A stretch of DNA of 64,000 nucleotides, from assembly GCF_001194135.2 (NCBI RefSeq), contig NC_068987.1, forward strand, positions 102,898,251 to 102,962,250, read 5' to 3'. A program made the position numbers and the translations under genes. This stretch comes from Octopus bimaculoides. Its lineage: Eukaryota. Below the pieces are notes generated by a model. It was not told the origin of the DNA and searched no databases. It was given only the letters and a program-made list of their open reading frames with translations. This document shows, one piece after another, positions 53,801 through 64,000 of the stretch (position 1 is the stretch's first letter; every line of letters begins with the position of its first letter).

Positions 53801-55193
53801 GTTATTATTATTAATTTGTGTTGTTGTTATTGTCGGCCATGTTGAAATTGTTATTGTTGTTCTAAAAAAATATTGAAGTTTTAATTTGATTTCACCATTC
53901 AATTTCCTTGACGTACATCGGCCAGTAGAGAAGCTGTTTATATTATCTCTTTTGTCGCCATCTTGTATTTCATGTTATCTTATTTCTCTTCCCTTGCCTC
54001 ATTCATAATTCAAGCATACTTTCAGGAGGTTTCGAGAAAGTCTTTAGATTTCATGTCCAAATGTTTTTTTNNNNNNNNNNNNNNNNNNNNNNNNNNNNNN
54101 NNNNNNNNNNNNNNNNNNNNNNNNNNNNNNNNNNNNNNNNNNNNNNNNNNNNNNNNNNNNNNNNNNNNNNNNNNNNNNNNNNNNNNNNNNNNNNNNNNNN
54201 NNNNNNNNNNNNNNNNNNNNNNNNNNNNNNNNNNNNNNNNNNNNNNNNNNNNNNNNNNNNNNNNNNNNNNNNNNNNNNNNNNNNNNNNNNNNNNNNNNNN
54301 NNNNNNNNNNNNNNNNNNNNNNNNNNNNNNNNNNNNNNNNNNNNNNNNNNNNNNNNNNNNNNNNNNNNNNNNNNNNNNNNNNNNNNNNNNNNNNNNNNNN
54401 NNNNNNNNNNNNNNNNNNNNNNNNNNNNNNNNNNNNNNNNNNNNNNNNNNNNNNNNNNNNNNNNNNNNNNNNNNNNNNNNNNNNNNNNNNNNNNNNNNNN
54501 NNNNNNNNNNNNNNNNNNNNNNNNNNNNNNNNNNNNNNNNNNNNNNNNNNNNNNNNNNNNNNNNNNNNNNNNNNNNNNNNNNNNNNNNNNNNNNNNNNNN
54601 NNNNNNNNNNNNNNNNNNNNNNNNNNNNNNNNNNNNNNNNNNNNNNNNNNNNNNNNNNNNNNNNNNNNNNNNNNNNNNNNNNNNNNNNNNNNNNNNNNNN
54701 NNNNNNNNNNNNNNNNNNNNNNNNNNNNNNNNNNNNNNATATATATATATATATATATATATACTTTTTTGCGTGAGTGTGTATAGGAGTGGGATAGGAT
54801 GCATGATAGTATCTGAGCATTTATACGCCGTAATATACACTTCATTTTTAGCTTTTATTAATGTATAGTACTTGTATAGTAAATTGTATCAAAATTTTTC
54901 TTGTGCGCTTTCAAATTGGTTACTGATACAAATAATAATGTCAGATGAAGTGAAATCGCAATTGAGAGTAACTAGAGAAGATAGAGATTGCGAATGAACA
55001 GTGAAGCATACATACTACTTGGAGAAATATCCGGAACAGAATAAAACAACCTAAATAAAAGAGAAACTGCGTTAAAACAAACAACCCATATCCCATGCAT
55101 ACATCCAAACAGACACGCGCATACATATATTTATATTTATACGCACACACGCACACATACACACATACGTATGCACACACATACACACACACA

Positions 55194-55233
<40 letters not shown>

Positions 55234-55439
55234 CATGTATGTATGTATATACATGTATATATGCACATACATACGTACACAATTATGTACATACGAAATA
55301 CATTCATATATTTCTGTACATGTACATCAGTATTTTCATTCATTAGAACTACTTAGCCACACACTCAGACCTACGTGAATACATACATATAAATACTGAC
55401 CATCGCACGCACAATTTCTCTAAAACCCAGTGCATATAA

Positions 55440-55870
55440 TCTTTTATACTCTAGGCACAAGGTCTGAAATTTTGGGGGAGGGGGCCAGTCGATTAGATTG
55501 TCCCAAGTACGCAACTGATACTTAATTCATCAACCCCGAAAAGATGAAAGGCAAAGTCGACCGCGGCCGAATTTGAACTCAGAACGTAAGGACGTACGAA
55601 ATGCCGCTAAGCATTTCGCCCGGTCTGCTAACGTTCCTTATTTCATTATTGCCCACAAGGGGCTAAAGATAGAGGGCACAAACAAGGATAGATAAAGGGA
55701 TTAAGTCGATTACATCGACCCAGTGCGTAACTGGTACTTAATTTATCGACCCCAAAAGGATGAAAGGCAAAGTCGACCTCGGCGGAATTTGAACTCAGAA
55801 CGTAACGGCAGACGAAATACTGCTAAGCATTTCGCCAGGTCTGCTAACGTTTCTACCAGCTCGCCACCTT
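55440..55870 (-). mobile_element. SINE family A dimer
   Basis: Two units joined by the linker 'gctaacgttccttatttcattattgcccacaaggggctaaagatagaggg...', which is also present at about 790-870. Confidence 0.85.
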
Positions 55871-57530
55871 ACACAGCACATATAATATAAGTTTTACTCA
55901 TTATCTCGTCGTAAAATTGTTTTAGCTGTGAAGCATCATTACAGTCACTCACATTCCGTTAGCCATTCTTACAGAACCACTTAACTTTTAATGTAGCACT
56001 TTTCTTCTATTTCCTCTTAACCTTTTTTTGCCTCATTTTCGTTTCTATTCTTCTTCGGAGAAGAATGATTGTATGAATCGTTAAACAGAATATTAATCCG
56101 CTACTATATGAAATTCTTTCATTTCTTTATATATCTTAGGCTGTCAAGTGTATTTTCGGCCTACAACACTTGGTATTTCTGCTTTGTAACACAAATGTCA
56201 GCCGCTCCCGCTTCTGCTTCCTTGACATGACACGGTCCTGAATCAGCGTCTGAATATTGGGAGTGCGTAAGGACATGAAAACTAAAGCTAATCTAGTCAG
56301 ATCATTTAGAAATTCTCGCCATCTTTGGATTTACCATTCAACCATATTGCGTTACAATATAACAACGAGCTGGGAGCCAATATCAATGTCAGTACGACTA
56401 ATACTACGCGTCTGTTGACCTGGATTTTATACTTCAGTGCAATACTACAGGTGGGCATAAACCTTACTGTGTTTAATATTTTGTTTCGCCTGCGCTCTCG
56501 TAATTTAGGCAGACAGTTCTGCACACCTTATCTCGCTCTGAAACAAAAAACAATACTGTTCCTCATATCGGTGAGGAGGCCTTCAAATCTTCATTTGAAA
56601 GTATTTAAAATGTCATCAAATTTCTCCTTGCTCTTGGACGAACACCTTGGGTAAGACAATGCAATTCCTAGTGATACACGGCTGCGAGAGTTTTTTCTCT
56701 AACTGGAACTTGCATCTATCAAGAATTTCATTATACTTGACGGTATTTGCACAAATATGTGTGTTGTTAAGAGTGTTTTTAAAATCATTTTCTTGTATTT
56801 GAAATATTTTTATTCAAATTGCGTGTGCCAAGTTTTGCAATATTTTCATCTCTTTCGTGTGTGCGGGTGCATTTAAGCAGCTGTCACAGCTTTTGTTTGA
56901 AAGGTCATTTATAGCTGACATTTTGCTTTCAAAGTCAATCATAAAAATATAAATGAATAAATAAAAAAGCCCGTTTTTCGCTCAAATTGGGCAAAAAAAT
57001 TAACACACTGCTGAAGTTCTTTTTAAACAGCTCGAACGAACTGACACAAACCGTCAAACAATTTAGAAAAATATAATCCACAAAAAAATAATTTGGAAAC
57101 AAAAGCACTGTGAAATATACATCATTTGGTGTGTTTCTAATATGTTTTCTACTGCTTTATTCTAATTTCTATCTGACACTAGCAGGTCTATCTCTTAAGC
57201 AAGGCAGCAATATATTTTGGAAATATAGAACTCCAAATATTATGATAGTAAGAAATTAAACAGAAGAAATAAAATGTTTAGAAAAACCGAATAGCCAAAA
57301 CAAGTCTGATGCAATGGTTTCTTTATCCCTTTACCCTGCGCACGTAAGTGAATGCATGGTATTGTAATCACTCGTGTTGGTCTTTTTGTCTGTGTGTTTG
57401 CAAAATTACTGGAAAACGGCTGAACGGATTTTCACCGAATTTGCCAGAAAAAACTCATTGGGTGAGTGACTGGAAATGATGAAAGTTTGATTTGATAAAG
57501 TTCAAACATCCATAAATACATACATAATGT

Positions 57531-58093
57531 AAATAAATAACAAGTATGTCCAGATAGCAATGCATTACAGCCGTTTGAAGCGGCTCCATTTAATCGATCA
57601 ATGGAAACATTACATCAATTTGAAAGAAGCCGCTCTCTTCATGTGCAGATGACCATATATATTTCCAACATAAAAGATATACCATTTTTAGCATTTTTAG
57701 CAAATTTATATCAAGACTAGAAACCAAAATAATACATTGTTTCCTTATGTCATATTTGCGGCAGAATAAATTTAGAGAATAATTTCTTTTTTATTTAGCC
57801 TGTTATAATTTAGAGAGTCAAAATTATAGTAAGCTTAATAAGATATGCTTTATTTTTAAAATTTATTCTGCCACAAATATAACATAAGGAACCATGTAAT
57901 TATTTTGGTTTCTAGTACTGATATAAACTTGCTAAAAAATGGTTTATCCTTTATGCTGGAAATCTATATGTTCATCTACGTCTGATGAGAGCGGTTTCTT
58001 TCAAATTCATGTAATGTTTTCTTTGATCAATTAAATGGAGCCACTAGAAACGGTCGTAATGCATTGATACCTGGACATCCTTGTTACTTATTT
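57531..58093. repeat. Palindromic element: ~240-bp inverted arms (57531-57773 and 57859-58093) with an ~85-bp spacer
   Basis: Left-arm motifs 'gtccag.ta.caatgcattac..ccgttt...ggctccatttaa...acattacat.aatttgaaagaa.ccgctctc...ctagaaaccaaaataat...gcagaataaattt' are mirrored in the right arm. Confidence 0.9.
57977..58063 (+). ncRNA. Decayed type I hammerhead-ribozyme-like motif
   Basis: TACGT-CTGATGA-GAGCGG...CCACTA-GAAA-CGGTC-GTA-ATGCA. The mirrored left-arm copy has TGCAC, GAGCGG and CCGCTT, so a two-arm consensus restores stems I and II. Confidence 0.5.
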
Positions 58094-58788
58094 GTATTTT
58101 GTTCACCTAGCTTCCAGGTGACCGGACTATACCGAACTTGGTACCTCAATTTAAGTACGTAATTCAACTGGTTCTAAATTATATTTTATACACGCCTAAA
58201 TACATACTTGCATACATAAGTACATACATGGATGTGCGACTGTGTGACTGTGTATGTGTGCGCGCGCGCTCGCACATGTGTGTGTGAACAGTGATGGATT
58301 CGAATTTTCGTTTATTTACGAGTTGATTTCTTAATTTCACCGGAGAATAGAATACCTATAATAGTTATACCTAAAATTTAATAAAAAAACTTTACACGAA
58401 CTAACTAATTTCCCGATAAGGAAATGTTCATATTATTTATATCCTACAACGAACTACAGTACGTTTGACTCACCTGCCATTATTGAAAGATGTTGAAAAC
58501 TCTTAAATTCTATGCAATATTTTCTATAAGTATTTCATTTTCTTCACTTTCTTTTTTATATTAATCGACTCTCGTCTGCATGGTGTTCCTATGCGCGTAG
58601 ACACGTGAGGGTGCCTATATACATACATATATACATATATAGATATGCAACTGTGGGTATGTTTGTATGTGTGTATGTGAGTGTCTGGGTGTGTGTGTGT
58701 CTGTGTATGTGTGTGCGTGTGTGTACAGTGATGGATTCGAAGGTTAAATTTATTGAAGAGCTGGTTTCTTAATTTCACCGAAGTGTAA

Positions 58789-59590
58789 ATACAGGGTGGA
58801 GCAGAGAGGCCGGACGTTTTTGAAATGGCAGTTACTCATCCCCAGCAAGAAGGGCATATGTCCGACAGGTATTATTCGGTCTGTGGTGTCTTAGCATATT
58901 TTTTTCTGTTTTCTTTTCAAGTAAAGTTATGGTACTATGGGCGATAGAGCGTCACCTGTTTTCCTACGATAGTTACGTGAAAAGTAATAAGTCTGTCACA
59001 GCAGTTCAGCGTGAATTTCGGCGCAACTTAAACATTCACCTAAATTAGGCTGTTCCCATCCGTAACACGATCTTACGTTGGGTGAACGTTCTTCGTACAC
59101 GAGATTCACTAATAAATAGGAGACCGATGGAGGCGCCACGAATGGTACGGACCCCAGACAATGAGGAACGCGTCAGACAGGCTTTGATACGGAGTCCAAA
59201 TCGCTCTGCTCGAAGGCATTCCACTGAACTTGGCATCGTAATCGATCGGTAAGACGTTTTTGCTTGAAGACCTGCATTTCCACCAGTACAAATTGGTCAT
59301 TGAGCAACAGTTGAAACCATGAGACAACATACGGCGGCTTACGTTCGCACGTGAGATGCAAGCAATTTTTGAGGCAGATGACAATCTCATTTTGTTAATG
59401 AGTAACGAAACTCATCTTCATCTCAATGGCATAGTGAGTCAGCAGAACTGCTGTTATTGAGCTCTTGAAAATCTGAGAGAACTGCAGTAAAGACCACTAC
59501 ACAGGACAACATTGACGGTATGGTGTTCTTTTGGAAAAGCTGCCGTCATTGGACCTTACTGTTTTGAAGACAATAATGGAAATGCTGATT
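58789..59590 (+). mobile_element. Tc1-like (DUF4817-type) transposon, 5' part
   Basis: Begins TA-CAGGGTG. From ATG 58929: ...SVTAVQREFRR...VPIRNTILRWV...RTPDNEERVRQALIRSPNRSARRHS, LHFHQYKL, LLMSNETHLHLNGIVSQQNCCY and TVWCSF...VIGPYCFE. Truncated, no right TIR seen. Confidence 0.9.
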
Positions 59591-59821
59591 TTTGCACGAG
59601 ACCAATTATATTGAGGGTTCGGTGTTAATCAGTATATTTGAGACCAACATTTGACTGATACTTTCTTTTCTTTGTGATCGAAAAGATGAAAGAGAAAATT
59701 GAATTCAGCGTGATTTAAACTCAGAATGTAAAGGGCAGCATTGGGGTTGTGCCACAAGGAATTTTTCAGTGATGCTCTACCGCCTCTACCCATCCCAGAG
59801 TCTTCGTGGAATCAATAATCC

Positions 59822-60030
59822 TTTCTGTTATAGGCACAAGGCCTGTAATTTGGGGATGGGGACAGCCGATTGCATCAACTCTAGTGTTTTACTAGTATTT
59901 AATTTATCAACCCTGAAAGGATGAAAGGCAAAGTCGACCATGGCGGAATTTGAACTCAGGACTGAAAGGTGACCGAAATGCTGCTTAGCATTTGATCCGG
60001 CATGCTGATAATTCTACCAGCACGCCGCCT
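59822..60030 (-). mobile_element. SINE family A copy (a more decayed copy lies at about 59630-59730)
   Basis: 'aatttatcaaccctgaaaggatgaaaggcaaagtcgaccatggcggaatttgaactcagg...ccagcacgccgcctt'. Confidence 0.85.
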
Positions 60031-60203
60031 TCTTTGGGAGAGCGATGATAATAAAAGTTTATTGGTGAAAGAGAACATGACACTTGTACGTTACTCCCTT
60101 CAGTTATGAACGAAAGTTATACGAAGCAAATGTTCGCAGCTATAGTGTTATATATCTGAAATCAAATATTTTATTATTATCAATAAAATATGCTTTTGCC
60201 TAG

Positions 60204-60228
60204 AGAAGTTCAAGAGGCTGACAACGCA
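60204..60228 (+). CDS. Candidate 25-nt coding micro-exon
   Basis: Acceptor 'atatgcttttgcctag|', donor '|gtgagt'. Phase 1 to 2 reading (E)KFKRLTT(H), compatible with the neighbouring candidate exons. Confidence 0.4.
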
Positions 60229-60465
60229 GTGAGTTTGATTTGCAAGTTGCACAGATAATTTAGAACTCCATGGAAGGTAAAAACTATAGGAGCTGAATTC
60301 TGCATTTTATAGATATTTTAATACAGAGGAGAGTAAAATTGTATCTGTCAATGGTATGTTAATCAATTTTTTTGTTTTATATTAATAATTTGACAGTCAA
60401 ATAAATTCTAAAGATCCATTCATATGGCAAAACACCGTCTGGTATTAATAGACATTTTTTTACAG

Positions 60466-60544
60466 TTATAGTTTGGTACAAGTGAACGGAACCGAAATAG
60501 ACGTAGACAATATGGATGACGGAAGTTGGAATATTCCTAAATAG
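60466..60544 (+). CDS. Candidate terminal coding exon
   Basis: Acceptor 'gacattttttttacag|' type pyrimidine tract. Phase 2 reading YSLVQVNGTEIDVDNMDDGSWNIPK*, followed by unique AT-rich sequence with AATAAA at about 60890 and 60964. Confidence 0.4.
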
Positions 60545-61734
60545 TTGCCCATTACACAGTCAAATAAGTCAGAATTGGATTGATGTACATTCCAATAAGA
60601 GAGGAGTTAGCGAACTATTGATTGTTAAAGATAGTAAGAAGGGAACGCTCAATGTAACTTAATTTTTTTAATGTACAAAAAAAATTAATTTTCAACTGCT
60701 AAAATCTAGTGTAAGAAAAACTGAGTTATTATACATACAATGAGCATATCTGATCACCATTATGATGAAGAAGCAAATAAGTATATCCTGAATATGGTTG
60801 TGCTGTATTTTATTATTTTTCTTAATTAAATGATTCACATTCGATTTCTAGATGAAGAAATTCTGACTTATAAGGAATAGGTCATCGGCAATAAAGTCTT
60901 TCTTCATAAATATTTTTGCTTTCAATGGTAATAAATCATTATATATGAAGCGTTAGTGACAACAATAAATATGAACGGCTATTGTAGCTAATGACTAATT
61001 CTAAGAAAAACGCCAAACAAATTGTCATTTTCAATCTGACTATTAACTATGTGATGTTCGAAAGAGGGCAGGAATGAGAAGACGAAGTAGGAATGGCGTT
61101 AGGTAGATGTTATTGTTATACAAATTAGACGATACAAGAAAAAGGATTTAATTACTATAATTACTATTTAGAACGGTCTTTAAATGTATTTCCTTCAAAC
61201 CAATATATTCGGGGAATTAGATGGGAGAATCTATTGAAGACTTTATAAAAATAGATATAGTTAATCCACTTATATGAAAATGTTTACTGTGTAGAAAGAA
61301 CATATGAACATATGTGACACATATGATACATTCAGACATAAAGCTATATTTCATATAGTCCTTGATGACGGAGAGATAAAAGCACCGTAACATTTGAAGG
61401 GATTCCACGATTAAAGGAGAAAAATAATTGTGTGAATTATTTTAGGAGTATATGACCCATATATATATATATANNNNNNNNNNNNNNNNNNNNNNNNNNN
61501 NNNNNNNNNNNNNNNNNNNNNNNNNNNNNNNNNNNNNNNNNNNNNNNNNNNNNNNNNNNNNNNNNNNNNNNNNNNNNNNNNNNNNNNNNNNNNNNNNNNN
61601 NNNNNNNNNNNNNNNNNNNNNNNNNNNNNNNNNNNNNNNNNNNNATATATATATACCTATCAATCTATCAACCTACATACCTTTCTGTATGTATGTATTT
61701 ATGTGAGTATGTATGTATGTATGTATGTATGTAT

Positions 61735-62715
61735 GACTTTGAGTTTTATTGAGTTCTTCATAAGAGAGTTCAAGCTGGTCGCTAACAAAGTAACAAGACT
61801 TTTTAAGTTAATAATGTTCCCAGTGTTTGTAAATATGTGGTTGAGTTGGTATATTGATTGAACTGTTAATGCATACACCGATGTCTGTGTATTTATTCAA
61901 ATAAAAATCTCACATGGATAATTTCTGCCACTAAGAATTTGGATTTGGAGAATCCTGAGTCAGTTTCTTTTTCTCCGAAAAACCTCGTATTTGTAGGTGT
62001 TGGTCTAAATATGTAGGTACATAGCCTAATGCACCTATGATGATAGGTACAAATGAAGAGTTATTTTTAGGGTATAAGATTCATTAATTCACCGGAAATG
62101 TTCTTTTTCCCGAATTGTTGATGGTACATTCGCATCCACCGGGCAACCGATCTCTACAACAGTGCATGACGTCTGTTCCCTGGCCCATAGTTCAGTTTTC
62201 AGGTGTTTGTTGTGTATGCACCGAATTACTTTTTGTATCGGAGCGTTTTACCATTATTACTCATTTTCAAAGGAGTGAATCATTGCTGGTTCTGACATGC
62301 CGTTGATGTATATATCTGAGCAGTCCTTCCTACGGATAGCATTGTTAATAATCTTTGCAACAGTATCATAAAGCAGGACAGGTTGTATCTTGTATATATT
62401 TTAGTGCAGCTGCTGATTATGTGGGTGACATATTCCACACTGGTATAGCAGAGCCAACAATTTCTATCACAACAGAGAGGTTTGCTGGTATCACCGTCCT
62501 CGTTGTTTATCAGGTATTTAGTAGCTATCTTCTGTTCCTGGATATCGAAGGCATATCCTTCTAGGTGAGATGTAAAGTATCTATCACATGTCCAGGAAAG
62601 GCTCGTATTATTGTCAATGCCTGGCATCTAACGAGATATTTACCTGTGCATTGCTTTCTGTTGGTGTGATGTTCGCATCTCCTTCAAGCTTGTTTACGCA
62701 GATGAGTCCAACTTA
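61735..62715 (-). mobile_element. R4/Dong-like (RLE) LINE 3' portion
   Basis: HLEGYAFDIQEQKIATKY; CCHC knuckle CWLC..SVEYVTHIISSC; decayed PD-(D/E)xK region LWAREQTSCTVVEIGCPVD; FVPIIIGALGYVP. The 3' end reads AATAAAACTCAAAGT then (CATA)n. Confidence 0.85.
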
Positions 62716-62719
62716 CCTT

Positions 62720-62870
62720 GGGTCACAGCGAATGTTGTATTCTCAGTGTATCTGCAGTGTAGTTCTTCTCCAACTGCATTTAATTTGATGTAATGATTGC
62801 ATTGTTCAATAAAATGGAGCCCCTGAAACGGTCGTACTGCATCACTTCTTGATATCCTGTTGCTTGCTTT
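62720..62870 (+). repeat. Relative of the 57.5-58.1 kb arm sequence (partial hammerhead-like motif)
   Basis: 'aatttgatgtaatg...aaatggagcccctGAAAcggtcGTActgcatc' matches 58005-58065. The CTGATGA core is missing in this copy. Confidence 0.7.
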
Positions 62871-63227
62871 GATTATATATATATATGTGTGTGTGCATGT
62901 GTGTATGCGTGTGTGTGTGCGTGTGTGTGCGTGTGTGTTTGCCTGTGTGTGTCTCTGTGTGTCTGTGTCTGGCTGTCTGTCTGTCTGTCTGTGTATGTGT
63001 ATTTGTGTGTATGCAAATATATATGTATGTATGTATGTATATANNNNNNNNNNGGGTCACAGCGAATGTTGTATTCTCAGTGTATCTGCAGTGTAGTTCT
63101 TCTCCAACTGCATTTAATTTGATGTAATGATTGCATTGTTCAATAAAATGGAGCCCCTGAAACGGTCGTACTGCATCACTTCTTGATATCCTGTTGCTTG
63201 CTTTGATTATATATATATATTGTTACA

Positions 63228-63450
63228 TTCATTTGACTGCGGCCATGCTGGAGCACTGCCGTAAAGGGATTTACTCGAATAAACCGACCCATCGACTTAT
63301 TCTTTGTAGGTCTAATACTTATTCTATCGGTCCATTTTGCCGAGTCACTATGCATGTATGTATGTATGTATGTATGTATGTATGTTTTTATGTTTTGAGT
63401 TCAAATTCCGCCGAGATCGACTTCGCTTTTTATCCATTTCGGATCTATTC
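63228..63450. mobile_element. SINE B 3' fragment (-, about 63228-63330) and SINE A fragment (+, about 63385-63450)
   Basis: 'tttgactgcggccatgctggagcac...gacttattctttgtagg..tacttattctatcgg' and 'gagttcaaattccgccgagatcgacttcgctttttatcc'. Confidence 0.75.
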
Positions 63451-63930
63451 AGTTTCACGTACATATTATTCAATTTTTTTTCTTTTTTAACGAAACACTC
63501 TGAAACTTCCGATACTGGTACAATGTGTCACATTCAACAGGGTTTACTCTGAACGTTTTTGAAAACATTTTGTGATATAGAAGTTATTTCGTCACAAGTC
63601 ACAGAGAAATTCGTGTTTGATAAGTGTCAATACACAAAACTCTCGGGTTTTGACTTACTCTCTAACTTCTGCCGATGATATATATGCATATTATACATAT
63701 ATCTGTAAAGAAATCTCATTACGCAATCAAACTAATGGAAGAGCCTCTACCTGGTCGCTCGACACGCTAAAAATAGCAGTCAATATATCCCCCTGCCCAG
63801 TGTTTTATAAGGTAAAATCTTAAATTATTAATTGACACATTATTAATTATCTTATAACAGCAATGTCTGGAAAAATCATGGATAACATAGAATATTGCGA
63901 TCATGAAAGGTAATATTCTTAAGATTATAA

Positions 63931-63988
63931 ACCTGGAAAAGTACAGGATAAGTTATTACACCTGGAAAAGTATAGGACAAGATATTAC
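63931..63988. repeat. Two tandem copies of a ~29-bp unit
   Basis: acctggaaaagtacaggataagttattac / acctggaaaagtataggacaagatattac. Confidence 0.85.
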
Positions 63989-64000
63989 TTCTTGTAAAGT

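Noticed and set aside
56670-57130. Possible MITE (also 38500-39080)
   Set aside because: I could not define matching TIRs or TSDs.
57325-58155. Helentron/HINE-like ends around the palindrome
   Set aside because: The short subterminal hairpins are suggestive but too imperfect to call.
385-63450. TE strand bias as evidence of host-gene orientation
   Set aside because: SINEs are mostly minus and LINE fragments mostly plus, and the counts are small, so it is uninformative.
30-63823. Long ORFs in the six-frame track (poly-YI, CV, TH, L, S, X)
   Set aside because: They are translations of microsatellites and N runs, with no coding signal.

Overview
Eukaryotic, AT-rich, heavily gapped scaffold. 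The SINE families, dense (TA)n/(TATG)n/(CA)n/trinucleotide microsatellites and gap style most resemble an Octopus draft assembly (inference from recall, no database check). Almost all ORFs in the supplied track are microsatellite or N artefacts, and I see no intact long gene, rRNA, true tRNA or CRISPR array. The recognisable content is decayed mobile DNA: three tRNA-headed SINE types; RTE, CR1 and R4/Dong-like LINE fragments; three Penelope-like fragments; a hATm-like transposon with TIRs; three maT/DD37D-like mariner remnants; and one Tc1/DUF4817-like remnant. The most interesting observations are: (1) type I hammerhead-ribozyme-like motifs inside two long inverted-repeat structures (39.2-40.3 kb and 57.5-58.1 kb), with a related copy at 62.8 kb; (2) a perfect ChoRE-type double E-box (CACGTG-N5-CACGTG, 6155-6171) heading an E-box cluster; (3) a phase-compatible chain of small candidate exons ending an unidentified plus-strand gene at about 60.5 kb; (4) R4/Dong-like LINE ends sitting in (AAT)n and (CATA)n microsatellites; and (5) a 1.6-kb foldback unit. 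Duplications around the 10-N gaps are probably assembly artefacts. All coordinates and identities were read by eye, so repeat boundaries are approximate.
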